A stretch of DNA of 64,000 nucleotides from Geosiphon pyriformis uo1 (Eukaryota > Fungi > Glomeromycota): positions 15,933 through 79,932 of the forward strand of contig JAAOMT010000039.1 in NCBI GenBank assembly GCA_016748015.1, written 5' to 3'. The notes beneath the pieces are model-generated. The model saw nothing but the letters and a program-made list of their open reading frames with translations, was not told the origin of the DNA and did not search any database. Below, one piece after another: positions 39,271 through 52,607 of this stretch (position 1 is its first letter; each line of letters opens with the position of its first letter). Position numbers and translations under genes: made by a program.

Positions 39271-39813
39271 CAAAAGAAGCTCGAGATATTTAATTTTAAC
39301 AAAAAATAACTAGAAATATAATTTTTTATTTAGAAAGTAGAAAGTAGAAAATACATTCTTTTTTTTGAATTGTTTCAAATATTTTTAGTAAATATTGAAA
39401 TATTAGAGCTTTAAAAAAAATCTATTGTATTAAATTAAAATTTAATTAAACGTTATATTATTTTTTAAAATCGATAATTTATAAATTTCTTTATGTTAAA
39501 TTTGCAAAAAATGAAGTAAAAGGGATGTTAAAATTTAGCTTTTCAAATTTTAAGCAGTTGAACTAGTCTAATAAAATTTTTTAAAATAATTTAGGTCACG
39601 TTAGAGCTTTAACAAGTTAGAAAATTTTATTAGATAACACAGCTACCAATTTTTTAGGTAAATCGGATTCTTGTCTGCATTTTATATACACCCCTACAAT
39701 AAATATCTATAACCAGTCACGTATTATGTGTCAGCAAGAAAATGAGTTAACTACTATAATGATGAATTCAGATCAGAACAGATAAAAGATTCCGCCATAA
39801 ATTCCACTACTAG

Positions 39814-39914
39814 TGACTCACAGATCTTTTCACAAGGTAAACATAAACAAGTGGGCGCAACGTAACTAGCTTTAAGCTGCTGAATTATAAAAACCTAAGA
39901 ATTTTGCTTCTTAG
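39814..39914 (+). promoter_or_regulatory. Conserved upstream block of BTB-TLDc genes: TGACTCA site plus probable 5'-UTR intron (39837-39914)
   Basis: AAG|GTAAAC...TTCTTAG|ATATTCATG. The aaggta(a/g)acataa.caagtg block recurs upstream of copies 1-4. TGACTCA also occurs at 27332-27338 on the minus strand. Confidence 0.55.
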
Positions 39915-39920
39915 ATATTC

Positions 39921-41417
39921 ATGGCGTCTCAACAACTCTCCCACGCTTTATCTCACGATTTAACGAGCTTATTGAATAATGAAATATTCTCTGATGTTAA
40001 GATTATCGTTGGTGATGGTCTTAATAATAAAACTTTTCACGGTCATTCGCCGATTTTAGCAGCAAGATCCTCTTATTTTGATGTAGCACTCTCTAATAAT
40101 TGGGTTAAAAGAGAAAATAAAACCATTATCTTCTCTAAGCCTAATATTTCACCACAAATGTTTGAGGTGATACTTCGGTAAGTTTAGTTTGCTTAAAATA
40201 TACTTGCTAATATTTTATTCATACATTTTATTATTGTTTTATCTAGATATTTGTATAGTGGTGAAATATCTCTTAAGGAATACGGAGTACCTAAAATATT
40301 AGAATTGCTTATTATCGCTGATGAGCTCATTTTGGAAAATCTAATTAACCACCTGGAAAGCTATCTAATTGAAAATCATGCCAAAGAGCTAGAAGAAAAC
40401 TTTGCCTCTTTGTATGAAATATCATTTATGCATGATTCGTTCAAAAAGCTGCAAGAATTCTGCACACAAATAGCAGCTAAAAGTCCAGCTATAATCTTCA
40501 GATCCCAAGATTTCACCTCCTTAAGTAAGAATTTTCTTTCCTCAATTTTGTCCCGCGATGACTTTATTATGGAAGAAATAGAAATATGGAAAAAGATTGT
40601 GGAATGCGGAGTTGCTAAATTGGGTAACAATATTAAGTTAGAAGAGATTCTTAACTGGACAGATGAGAATTTTAACGCCTTTAAGGAAATAATTGAAGGA
40701 TTTCTACCTTTAATCCGGTTCTTTCACATATCTTCTGTTGACTTCTATCACAAAGTAAAACCATTTGCGAGAATTTTACCCAGAACTTTATATGAAGATC
40801 TTTTACATCATTATCTAGTACCGGATAGTCATCAAAAGTCTGTAGATGCTCAACCATTACGATCAAATGTTGATTCAAAGCTTCTTCAGTTGCATAATGT
40901 GAGGCAGCTTGACCACTGGATCCAGGGCAAAGATAAAAATACTCCTTTTCAAAGCCAACTTGGAAATAACTTTAATTTGTTACTTCGAGGCAGTCGAGAC
41001 GGATTTACCCCATACGATTTTCATCGATTATGTGATTACAAAGGATCCACAATTAGTGTTATCAAAGTGAAAGTAACTGGTCAACTGATTGGCGGGTATA
41101 ACCCACAATCTTGGTCTTCTCGTGGAAAATGGTTAAATGGAAAGGGAAGTTTTATTTTTTCCCTTGGAGATGGCAAAGTTGAAAATGCTAAACTTAGCAA
41201 ATCTGTTAAAGAAAACGGACCTTTTGATAGCTCAATCCGTGGACCCGAATTTGGCATGTATAGTATTGTAATGAAAAGTAAAGATTTTCAAAATAACCCT
41301 GGATGCAATTGTAGAAAGGATTCATCATATGAGTACGCGATAATGCCTGATTCAGAAAATAAACAAGTAGACTTCTTTGTCGAGGAGTATGAAGTTTTTC
41401 AAATAAGAAAACTTTAA
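39921..41417 (+). CDS. BTB-BACK-TLDc protein (copy 6, intact, 475 aa)
   Basis: Exons 39921-40177 and 40247-41417 join in frame; full BTB and TLDc motifs. Confidence 0.93.
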
Positions 41418-44400
41418 ACTTAGTTTATACAATCAGTCAATTGAATCTTTATATTTCTAAAGTTTATAACAAATGGGACCCCCTTCATTGGATATTTACA
41501 CCAAAAGAGTCTTCAATAGCCTATTGCTCCAATCTCTACAATAAAGACACAGAATTAGATATGAAATATTATTTCGTATCCTGAATAGGTGTTACTTTAT
41601 GCAGTCTATTTTTTTAAAAAAATTTTAGAGATTATAACTATTCCTCTTTAAAACTTTTTCTTATAGAGTTTACCTTTTGAAAGTCAGTCATTTAGGTATT
41701 TTATCACAAGCTAAAAGCATAAAACGCTTAAAAAAAATTTTGTCGTTATTCAATTAGCTAAATAGCCTTAGAAAAGTCAGTTTTACACATTTGCGCTTGC
41801 TTATAGTTCTCTACTATTTAAAAGCGTAATTTTAGATTGAATAAAAATAAGTGGCGGCGACATTTAGTAATTTCTGGGAAATGGCGATGGAAAAGAATAA
41901 ATATTAAAAAGAAAACTTAAAACATAGAATCAAAAGACTTGACGTATAGGATTTCAATTATCTTAACTATGTATTTTTTATAGCTGCATAATTATTCTAG
42001 TAAGTCAATCGAGAACCGTGATTAAAAGCTTAATAGGCAATTCTGCTAAATCAAAATTTATTAAAGATTTTATTAAAATCTTTGCAATAAAAAAAGGTTC
42101 TTCTTTACAATTGTTTTTATTAACTAAAAGTATAATAAGTTTATTGAACAATTATTCTAGAATAATCTTTTAAATTCTTTACTTGTTAAATTCCGATGAA
42201 ATATTAAATATTACAAGAATCTTGAAAGTTTATACCAATTTTAAGATTAAACTAAGATTCAATTCAGGTGTATATAAAATAAATGTATTGTCAGTTTAAC
42301 ATTTTAAACCAAAAATATATTCAATAATGATTATAATAAAGCATTCAAACAAGCAAAAAACGGTTCAAAAATTTTTATTCAATTAATAAACGAAAAATTA
42401 GTTCAATATTCCAAATAAGCAAATGGGGTAAAAATTAAATTACGGAAAAAGGTATATGATAGGAAAACCAAGGGAAACTCGTTGAAATTGAACGTTTTAA
42501 AAGTTTATTCGGTCATTTATAGTTTTCAAAATGAGGGAATATATTAACTGTTAATAAAGAAATACAAAAGTCACATCGCAAAACTTTCAATGAGTTAATA
42601 ATTTTTATGATGAAACCTCAAGCCTTTGTGATTCAAAAACATCTCTTTAATGATAGAACACTTAAAAAATATATCGTTTGAACAATAAATTATTTAAAAA
42701 AATTGTTACTTAAGAATCGATCATTTTTTTTAGGTTGATATTTCTTACAACGTTCGATTTCCAGTATCACTCCTTTCTTTAAGCTCAACTCATCAAACAA
42801 TTTAATGAAGGCTTATAATGATATATTCAGCTATTTTTTTATATAATTTCAATCGTTTATTCAGAATATAAATTAATATTAATTGTTTGAAACAGTTTGA
42901 ATATCACTTTTAGATTTTTCCTAAATTCTTTACTTCATTTTATAAAGTTTTATGTTTTATTGACTTTTGATAAAACTAAATATTAGTGTATAAGTAATAT
43001 ATAAAAATAAGATAATGAAATTAAATAAAAAATTAAAAAGATTTTCTCTTGTTTACTTTATTTATTCATAAAAATCCTTTATATTCAATATCGTTTCGCT
43101 GCCTTTTTTTGATCAATGTTATTTAAATATTTTTAATTACCATAAATTAAAGAAAATTAATTTTTAATATTTCAACTTTGTTATATCAATGATTTAGAGG
43201 GTTTAATATCTTTATTCAAAATTTTTAAATGATACATTTGCTGTAAAGAATTTTCAGTCGCAATTTAAATTTAAACTCAAATGTAAGTTAAAAAGAAATG
43301 TAAGTGTTTGAAAAGAAAAACCAAAGTTAATAAGGCAAATACAATTAACAAATTTTTTTCATATTAACGAATAATATGTACTTAATGATGAAAGAATATG
43401 TTTATAATTCAGAGTTATACAATATAGTGTTTATATGATTTTTAAGTTTAGATATAACAAAATATTCATTAATAATTTTTAAATTTAACAAGTTTCATTA
43501 TATTTAGTAAATAATCATTGTAAAAAGCATTGTTCCTTTTAAAGTTCTAATTTGGATGATTAAACTTGAGTAATAAAAAGGAAAGAGGTTACTGATTGAT
43601 CCAAAAATAGTAGACCATTTTTTAAAATATTGAGAGATTATTTAAAGAAAAAAAGGAATTATATTTATAAATTCTAACTTCAAATGAAAAATAAGTGAAA
43701 TGGAAAATATCATAATTTAAAGATTAATTCAAGTTTCGGAAAAGTGGAATTATCCTAAAAAATTAAGAAGAAAAGCTTGAAATCTTTGCAAAATTATATT
43801 TTTTGCTTTAAAAAAGAATAGTAATTATTTTAAATTGAAAATTTTCATTAAAAAAGATGCAACTAAAATCATCGATACTAAAATCAAGTTTATGCTTGTA
43901 TCTTTACACATATAAAATTTTTATTTTTTCTGTCTTTTGTTATCATCACGATGATGAGTATTTTAAATAATGTCTATTTAAAAGTATGATTATTTAAATT
44001 TCAAAAATTTATCTTATAACCAGAAAAGCAGTATAAATCTTAGTTTATTTTTCAAAATTACAAAATTTTAATGTTCTGTTTATATATCACTGAAAATTTG
44101 AAAATATTAGATATCTTTTAAAAATTAATTTCTCCTAATCTAAAAGCAAAATGGTATGCAAGATATAGTAATACCAATGCAAATCTTTAAAATATTAAGA
44201 GCCTAAAAATAAATCTTTTATACTGAAAAGAATAGTGATATTTCACTAAAGGTTTTATTAAATAAAAAACTATATATCTTAAATAATGTCGAGTAAAAGC
44301 TATTAATGAGCATTTTTTATATTGGATCCTAAATATATATTTGGGGATTTTTAATTAAAGTCATTTTCAATACAAGGAACCAAAATTATTTTAATGTTTT

Positions 44401-44763
44401 TTCTATACAAATAGTATTTAAAAATACGAATTTCACATAAGAAATTTTAAAATTTTCATGCAAAAGAATTTTTTATTTTTCTTAATTTTTAAAGTTTCCT
44501 TCATTATTTCCTTGATTTATCATTTATAAGGATAGATTTTAAAAAAGACCATAATATTTAACCATTATATATTAAGATTATTAATTTATATGAAGAAATT
44601 AGACATAGTATTCTCTAGATATTAATCGTCTTTTTTTTGTCATATATTTGATTTAGCCAATGGCACATCCTGCAACGTGAATTGATTTACATGCAAGTAT
44701 ATGGATGATGAATGTAAAGTTATAAATTTTTATAAAATATAAATAAAAAAGCTTATTAACATA

Positions 44764-45089
44764 GAGTCTGGGACAAAAAAAATGGAAATTATTATTTTTT
44801 AAAGATAAAAAATTTAATTATAAAATATATTACAAGTATTTTTTCAATTTTATATATATAAATAATTATTAAAAAATGGAATTTTTTTTTAGAAAAAGTT
44901 ATAAGTAAAAAAGTCATCATATTATTTTTATTAATTGTATAATCAATAATTATTAGACTTTAATAAAAATATAATTGTATATTATTAAGAAGCTTATAAA
45001 TAAGTTTACTTAATAATATTTATTAAAATAATTTGGAATATTTTTTTAAAAAATTCTATTTAGATTTCCATTTTTTTTGTCCCAGACTG
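44764..45089. mobile_element. Tc1-derived MITE (326 bp)
   Basis: TA-(g)AGTCTGGGACAAAAAAAATGGAAAT ... ATTTCCATTTTTTTTGTCCCAGACTG-TA. The TIR resembles the 27453 end of the Tc1 element. Confidence 0.88.
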
Positions 45090-46618
45090 TAATAGCTTAG
45101 CCAATCAAATAATGCAAATCGTACAATACATTTTATTTTGAAAAACTAGCAATTTCGTTTAATTAATAAAAATTCATAATTTTAAAAAAACTCAAAATGA
45201 TTAATTTGTTGCAAAAAGCATTATGATATTAGAAAAATCAAAAAAAATAAAGAAATAAATAGTACTCTTTTTTAATTATTTTACCAAAATTTCCAAAAAC
45301 TTTAAAAGTTCTTATCAAGCAGAATTTAAATAATATTTATGATTATAATAAAACAGCTTTTTAATGAAAATTAAAATCATATAAGTTTTTTATAATATTT
45401 TATTGTTGATACAAAAAAAAAACAGAGTTATAATTCTTTTGTATTATAAAGTTACAAAAATTTTAAAAATTACTTTCTTTTTTATTTACAATACAATGTT
45501 TTAATATATATATATATATAGCTACTTCTCTGTATATTGTTATTCAAATAATACTACATGGATGCAATCAAAAATTTTTTACATTTATTACAAAAATTTA
45601 AAATTTAAATACAAAATTCTACCAAACTATTTTATTATTGTTGAGTAATATATATTCGAAAAAAAAACCCAATTATGTAATCCTAAATTTAATTAATTAT
45701 TTGTAAATTAATTATTTGGCACAAATAATAAAAATATTGTAAGTAAAATATTAAAATGGCTAATAATGTGTAAAAAGTACGTAAATTGTTTTTAATATAA
45801 AACATATAAGTATTGAATATATTTAAATAGTGATTGGATCGCACCATATGCAATGAAAAAAAGTAATAATAACTTTTTTTGTATTGGTAAATTTGATAAT
45901 AATAGTATAAATTTATTATCAAATTTATAAAAATCTAATAAAAAATATACTATTATATTATTAATAACTTCCAATTAATGAATTTCTATTTGCTAAAAAT
46001 ATTGTAAAATTGATTTTATTTTACAAATTAGAATTTTACTATTTAATAAAAAATTTATTGAAACTGTTGATAATGTAAAATATTTTAAAAATTTTACAAA
46101 TTGAAAATATTGAAAATATTGTAACCATTCTTATTCATTGAAATTTAAATCAAAAATATAATTCACCAATATCCATATTATAAAAAATGAAACAATAATT
46201 TTAACTCATATTATGATTTTTAAGTTCAAAAATATGCAAAAAAATGTTTTTTTTATTAAAAACAATTTTTTAAATAAAATTATTTAAATTAAATGTGTTA
46301 TTTTTTTTCAATTTGCAATTATTGATTGTTTTAATTTTTTTTAACACATATTATTAATTTTTAAACCGTTTTTTTATAAAAACTTGATTATTATTTTTAA
46401 AAAAATAATTTTAGATTTACTTTTTAAATATTCAACAAAAAAATTATTAAACCCAAAGTAAAATAATAATAATAATAATAATAATAATAGATGTTTTTAA
46501 AAAACAGTTAACATTATTTTAATTTATAATACTTAAAAAATATACTATAACTTATTAAATTTACATTAGCTATATATAATATTAACCAAGTTTGTGCTAA
46601 AGAATTGGTATTAAGCTA

Positions 46619-47203
46619 CAGAGGGTGTCCAAAAGTTTCCGAACAAGATTTTATTTAACAATAATATTTATTTTTTTATAAAATAAAACAAAATAAACAA
46701 CACATTTATAATTTTATAGTAATTTTCTAAATTTTTCCATTAAGTGTTACTAAACGTTTAAGTCGGCGATATTTTTGGTGAGTAAATAAACGTGGACGTC
46801 CTGAACGAGGTCTTGAATCAATTGAACCAGTTTCTTTAAATCGTTTTATTGTATCCGAAACTGTTGTCAAGCTGCAATTGACTATGTTGGCAATATCACA
46901 ATATTTCTTGCCATGCTGTTGTAATAAGCATATAGTTTTATGTTGAGCAATCATTAATTCTTTTTTTGCTCCCATTTCGTTTTAATAAAAACGACGAAAA
47001 AATCTTATATGCGCGTTACATTTCATTTTTATAAAAAAAACGAGTATGAATAAAATCGATTATGCGCGTCGCGAAAAAACATTATACACGCGTGTTTAAA
47101 AAATAAAAAACGCGTAATTAAATAATTAACTAACTTAATTTAGTAATAAACTCGTGCTTTTCTAATTATTCAAGCATGTTCGGAAACTTTTGGACACCCT
47201 CTG
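46619..47203 (-). mobile_element. Tc1 internal-deletion derivative (585 bp) retaining the DNA-binding ORF 46975-46727
   Basis: Perfect 27-bp TIRs CAGAGGGTGTCCAAAAGTTTCCGAACA with a TA TSD. The 82-aa ORF has an HTH (YCDIANIVNCSLTTVSDTIKRFKETG) and SGRPR. Confidence 0.93.
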
Positions 47204-50200
47204 TATATTGAAAATATAAAAATATGCTAAATCAATAACAGATAAGATTATAAAATTTCTCAAGTTATTTTTAAATTTTTACAAAAACAGAATTTGAATT
47301 TTTATTAAAAAAAAATTAATATATAATGAAGATCTGAAAATTATAAATTGTATTTAAAGTAATAATATTAAAAAAGTCTTATTATCAAATTCTATAACCT
47401 TAATATTAGGTAAGAATTTATTTTCAAGTATTATTTTTGTTTAATAGAATAAATAGTATATATTAAGAACATAGTTAGTTTAGTTTAATATTGTTTTAAC
47501 ATAATTTATATAACTGGTTATGTATAAAAATACATGATACATTTTTATAGTTATCTAAACTATAACTAAAATAAATAAAAGAACTTTATTTTTGTTAAAA
47601 CATAATATATAAAAATTACAACTAATTATAATATAAGCAAGTAATCTAAAAAATAATATTTTAATTAAATTTAATATTATTGAAAAAACCAATAATTTTT
47701 TGTTTTGTTTTGTCGAAGATGTCGTTCAACCATTGACTATTTTTATATTTAAATATTTCTTTTTTATTAAAATAATATTTTAATAAATTATAATAATGTT
47801 ATATTTGCCAGCTATTTTTAAATTATTTAAATAATTGTAATAAACAAAAAATAGAGTAATTTAATTATTCAATTTTTTAATAATTTGAACAATAAATTTG
47901 TTTTAATAATTTTTTGTACTTATTATTATTTTTTTCTGTTTTTATAAACAAAAGTATTGTTAATAAAAATTAATATTATATTAAACTTTATAATGTTAAA
48001 GCATTATAAAAAATGCACACCATTTAATAAATAAAATGCTTTTGCAATGCAGACAAAAACACTGAACTTAAACTACTATGAAAACCATTGAAGCAAAAAA
48101 TATTGAAATGAAAGTAGAAACATACTTTAAAAATGTTCCGTTTGATTGAAATGCAATTCCAAAAAAGATTGTGATGTCTAAACCAATAGCGATATTCAAC
48201 TCATTCTGAGCAAATAGAAAGCTTTCTTTAAACTGCGGTAGTTTTGTCTGAATTGTTTTTCTAGGAGATGAAATTTTAGCCCAAAATCTTGATACGATAT
48301 AGAAGTGACAACAGATATGCTCTAAATGAATTACTATTGTTTTGAAATCCATATTTGCACATTTAAGGTGATTCATTTTTTTCAATGTTAAATTGTCCTC
48401 GGCTCTGTTATGAAACTGAACTTTTTCTGAATATCTATTTGGGAACAAGCATGATTCTACTCTGTAGGTTGTCCTTTATCTGTTATGGTTGAAGGGATGA
48501 TTGCTCAGTTTCTGTTATGGATTGACAAGTCATGTCGCTTGTATTTTACAAGAAATAATAGCCAGATTTCTAGAATTGTGCATCCGACCTTGTTTTCCGG
48601 GAAGTTCATCTAACAATCAACCCCTGCAATAAACATTGAATTTTTATTTGATTTACAATATTGGATATTTGTTCTTTAATTTCACTAAAGCGAGAGATAA
48701 AAATCTTTTGAATTGATCAATTATGCAAAGGGAAATCAATTATACTGATTAGAATATTTGAATCTCTTTCTGACGAAAACTTGCAAATATAAAGGAAGTT
48801 GATACTTGGGTAAACAATTTACTTTAAAAAAGTGAACCTTCGCTTGTGATTCAAGACCTTTGTAATATTTCCATATTTGTAAGCAGTGGCAAACCAATTC
48901 TATGGTGTGTTTCAGCCCCCATTCTTGGTTCATACAAATGGAAATTTCCATACAAGGATGAGAAGGGCAGTTTATCAGAATATAAAAAGCTCGAGGTAAA
49001 CCATCCAATTCATGAATTCGAACGATTTGATTTTCAAGTTCTAACATTACAATACAGACTTACTGACACACAGTATTCCCTTTTTTTCTAGAGCCCCCAG
49101 CACATCCGTCGGATTATTTCAAAGATCCAAGGGGCAGCAGGCACGTTCAGATTACATAACGGTTCACGAATTCCCCATAAACAAACCAAAACTGGCATAT
49201 TTATTTTTCTGCCTTTGGTCTTGTTTTCTAAGTCTCCCTGGTTCCGGTTTTTTGGTGATCGGAAATTAAAAGATGCATCGGCGATCAACATAGCACCTGA
49301 TAATGACATTTCATAAATTGACATTCTAGAAAAGACCTGGGCGATCAACTAACAAGTTCGCACGGCAAATTTCTGAGTCCAACCTTAAAACGACAAGTAC
49401 TCAATGGATTTTAAGATTTCTGAGCAATTGAAAATGACCGATTTTGAAGAAGACGCAAAGTAATACCAATTATGCATTGTTACACGATGACGGAGAAACC
49501 TATTCTTTGAAATTTATGCACAATAATCATTCGACTTTGATGATCTCTATCCAAGATTGAATTTGAGGCTGAAATAGTTAAATGGCAACTTAGAATTCAT
49601 CGATAGAATAAAAAAAATGCTTCTCAGATTGCCATCTTTTCTGAAAATCTCTCCAACCCGAATGTGCTTAATTGATTGTGCGAAAATTTTTAGCCATCTT
49701 GAGTTGCTAGTGAAATTATCACCGATGAACGAAATCCTGCAATCCCAACCTGAAGTTATAATCGGGATTTGCTATTGTTTTTACCGACCTACAACGCCGA
49801 TTTTTAGTCAGCTCATTCTTGATCCTCGGTATTATCACTACATTTGGAGCTGCATGTATCGCGTTCGACGATCGTTATTATCAATTCTAATAAGTGCGTG
49901 TTTTGACCATCATGAAAAAAATTAAGCACTGAAAATCTTTTCTTTCTATCTTGTTTCTATTATAAAATTTCGATATTCTTGGTCACATGATAACTCATTG
50001 ATCATGTAGAAATTTTAACGAGGATCAGAAATTACATCTAATTTTACGATCTTCGAACGCAAAAACTGCAGGTTGATCGAAACCGTGATAATAATAAACA
50101 GGGTACTTTTAAAATTTTAACACTTTTCCTTTTTTCAACAGATCTCACATCAAAAACCTTGGAAGACAAAGAAGACTACCAAGAGAAACACTGGCATTAA

Positions 50201-50244
50201 TTACCTTTAAATCAGCACCCACAACTTAACATATTTATTATACA

Positions 50245-51903
50245 ATGTTCAGGCTATTTTCACTCTTTGCGCACCGAAGTCATGATGACAATACTTCAAT
50301 AAGGACACCCCCCGAGAATCCATTAAGGCTTATATTACCTGCAGAATGTCTGCAAGAAGTTTTCAAATATTACGAAAATGACCCACATACACTTCGTTCT
50401 TGCTTATTAGTTGACCGTTATTGGTGTCAAAACGCTGTCGCAGTGCTTTACCGAAATCCGTTCGAGATCATACGCGAACCATCAGCCAAACTTATCCTCA
50501 CTTTTCTCAGCTTTCTTGACGATGATGTGAAAATAAAACTAGAAGAAAATGGTCTTGAACTCTCTTCTATGTTCACAAAAACTTCAATGCTAAACTATGC
50601 CGCGGTTTTAAGGACACTTTCGTATAAAGCAATCTACGATTGTGTTTTAAAAATTGTACCGCGCAACCATCCAAAATTTACACGACAATGGATGCGCGAA
50701 AAGTTTTGTCGAGTAGTGGTTGAAGAGCTTTGCAAATATTTTACCTTAAATTGCTTAATGTTGAATGAATTATCTTTCGACACAAAGAACATGACATTTT
50801 ATCCACCTGAAGTAAAAATAAAGTTTCCCGCACATCCAGGCGCCGGATTATTACTGCATCAGATTCGAAAATTCTCTTGTGGTGGAAAATACGACAAGGG
50901 TAATTTAATGAAAACCATGTCAAGAGTATGTAGAGATTTGCATACTCTCGAGTTGAATTTCAGTAGCCACGACATGTATGATCCGAAAAATGGTGATAGG
51001 ACAGAGACCAATCAGATGGGTGCTTTGATTCTAGCACAAAGAAGGCTTCAAAAATTTGTCATAAGAGGATCTTATTGTTTTTTATCGGATTTAATGCCAG
51101 CACTCGCCTCCCAATCTTCCTCGTTAACACATGTGGAATTTATACAAGTACTTTTCCAAAATTCGGACCCACTTGAAGTGGTTGCTTTATGTCAAAACTT
51201 GGAGACACTCATTTTCGATGATTGTAAATCCCTCACAAATGAGACATTGGCACCTCTGGCGAGAACTTCGTTTACTCGTCTCAGAAAATTAATTTTTAAA
51301 AATGCTCATCGCCGAGAGCTTCATAATTTGATCCCAGTAATTGAAAATACCAATGGAAGCCTTAGAGAAGTTCGATTCAGGCGACGAGAATTCCGCAATT
51401 CAGTTGTACGAGGCATACCAGATATGCCTCCAATAATTATGGAAACTGTGGCAAAGTCATGTCCGAAATTAATCACATTTGAGGGGCATATTGAGCAAGA
51501 AACAATGAGACCTTTAGTTTTACTTTTGGAAAATTGTTTAAGACTTAAAAGGTTGGCAATTTCTGTTGAAAGTCAATTCAATGAATTTTTCCGATCAAAA
51601 ATTGCTCTGCTCCTCCCAGTTACATTGTGTCATCTGACTATATCTTGGATGGGAAATTTTTCTGCAAGTGAATTGGACATATTCTTAAGGAATTGCCGTG
51701 TACCATTGGAGATTTTACAACTCACTACCTCTAGTCTGATCGATGATCAATTTCTCATAGCCATCATGCACTATGCAAGACGTACTGGTTCTCTCAAACG
51801 ATTAGCTTTATCACGTAATGCTCAAGTGACTGAAGAGGGAATCGAAAAAGCCCTTGCTGTGATTAACTCCGTTACAAAAACTGGCGAATATACAGAATGG
51901 TAA
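50245..51903 (+). CDS. F-box / RNI-like LRR protein (552 aa)
   Basis: F-box LPAECLQEVFKY..LRSCLLVDRYWC..LYRNPF followed by LxxLxL repeats. Single exon. Confidence 0.9.
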   Translation: MFRLFSLFAHRSHDDNTSIRTPPENPLRLILPAECLQEVFKYYENDPHTLRSCLLVDRYWCQNAVAVLYRNPFEIIREPSAKLILTFLSFLDDDVKIKLEENGLELSSMFTKTSMLNYAAVLRTLSYKAIYDCVLKIVPRNHPKFTRQWMREKFCRVVVEELCKYFTLNCLMLNELSFDTKNMTFYPPEVKIKFPAHPGAGLLLHQIRKFSCGGKYDKGNLMKTMSRVCRDLHTLELNFSSHDMYDPKNGDRTETNQMGALILAQRRLQKFVIRGSYCFLSDLMPALASQSSSLTHVEFIQVLFQNSDPLEVVALCQNLETLIFDDCKSLTNETLAPLARTSFTRLRKLIFKNAHRRELHNLIPVIENTNGSLREVRFRRREFRNSVVRGIPDMPPIIMETVAKSCPKLITFEGHIEQETMRPLVLLLENCLRLKRLAISVESQFNEFFRSKIALLLPVTLCHLTISWMGNFSASELDIFLRNCRVPLEILQLTTSSLIDDQFLIAIMHYARRTGSLKRLALSRNAQVTEEGIEKALAVINSVTKTGEYTEW

Positions 51904-52607
51904 TATGGCCTACCATGGTTGAAGTGTCGCCAAAAAATACCTCCATTTACTATTAATTCATTATTACTGTACAATATCGACAATTTCTCTCTCACCTCTT
52001 GTCGAATAATCCACTTAATTTTGACGTTTTGACGCGTCTTCTTATATATCTTCCCCACTTCCCCTTCTTTCAAACTATTATAAAAATAAATTACTTTTAT
52101 TATTTTGATAACTTACTTGGATAGAAATGACATTATCTTTTATAAAGTATTATAGTCTTTGTAAATTCCTCAGTCCTATGATAGTCGTTAATGTACGACG
52201 TCAAACAATTGGTCTTAGATTTCGCAAACTTTAATATTATCCGATCATCTTACCCATCATCATGACATTTATCATACAACTAGAAATCATAATTCAAAGC
52301 ATAAATTCATATCTTATTTTAGCATTTTAAAAAAAACCAAAATTGACGACAAAAAGCAAATAAATCGTATCTCAGTTAGAATACACTATTCGTCGTGCAC
52401 TCTAACCTTTAAAAGCGTCGATCGTTGTTTTTGACTACTGAAAACATTAAGGGTGCCTATGTTTACGATTAAAGATTATTTGTTACATTTGGAAATGACA
52501 TTCATCAACTTTTTTGCTATTGATCGATTTCCTTTTCCGGTTTGATCGATTTGCAGATATTGTATTTTCTAAAAATAAATAAGCATTTATAATTTGAAAT
52601 AACTCAG

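Noticed and set aside
45689-45974. Two minus-strand ORFs in an AT tract
   Set aside because: Low-complexity artefacts of very high AT content.
48068-49925. Five 80-126 aa ORFs in moderately GC-rich DNA
   Set aside because: No domain recognised in the frames I read; possibly upstream regulatory DNA of the F-box gene or an unrecognisable relic.
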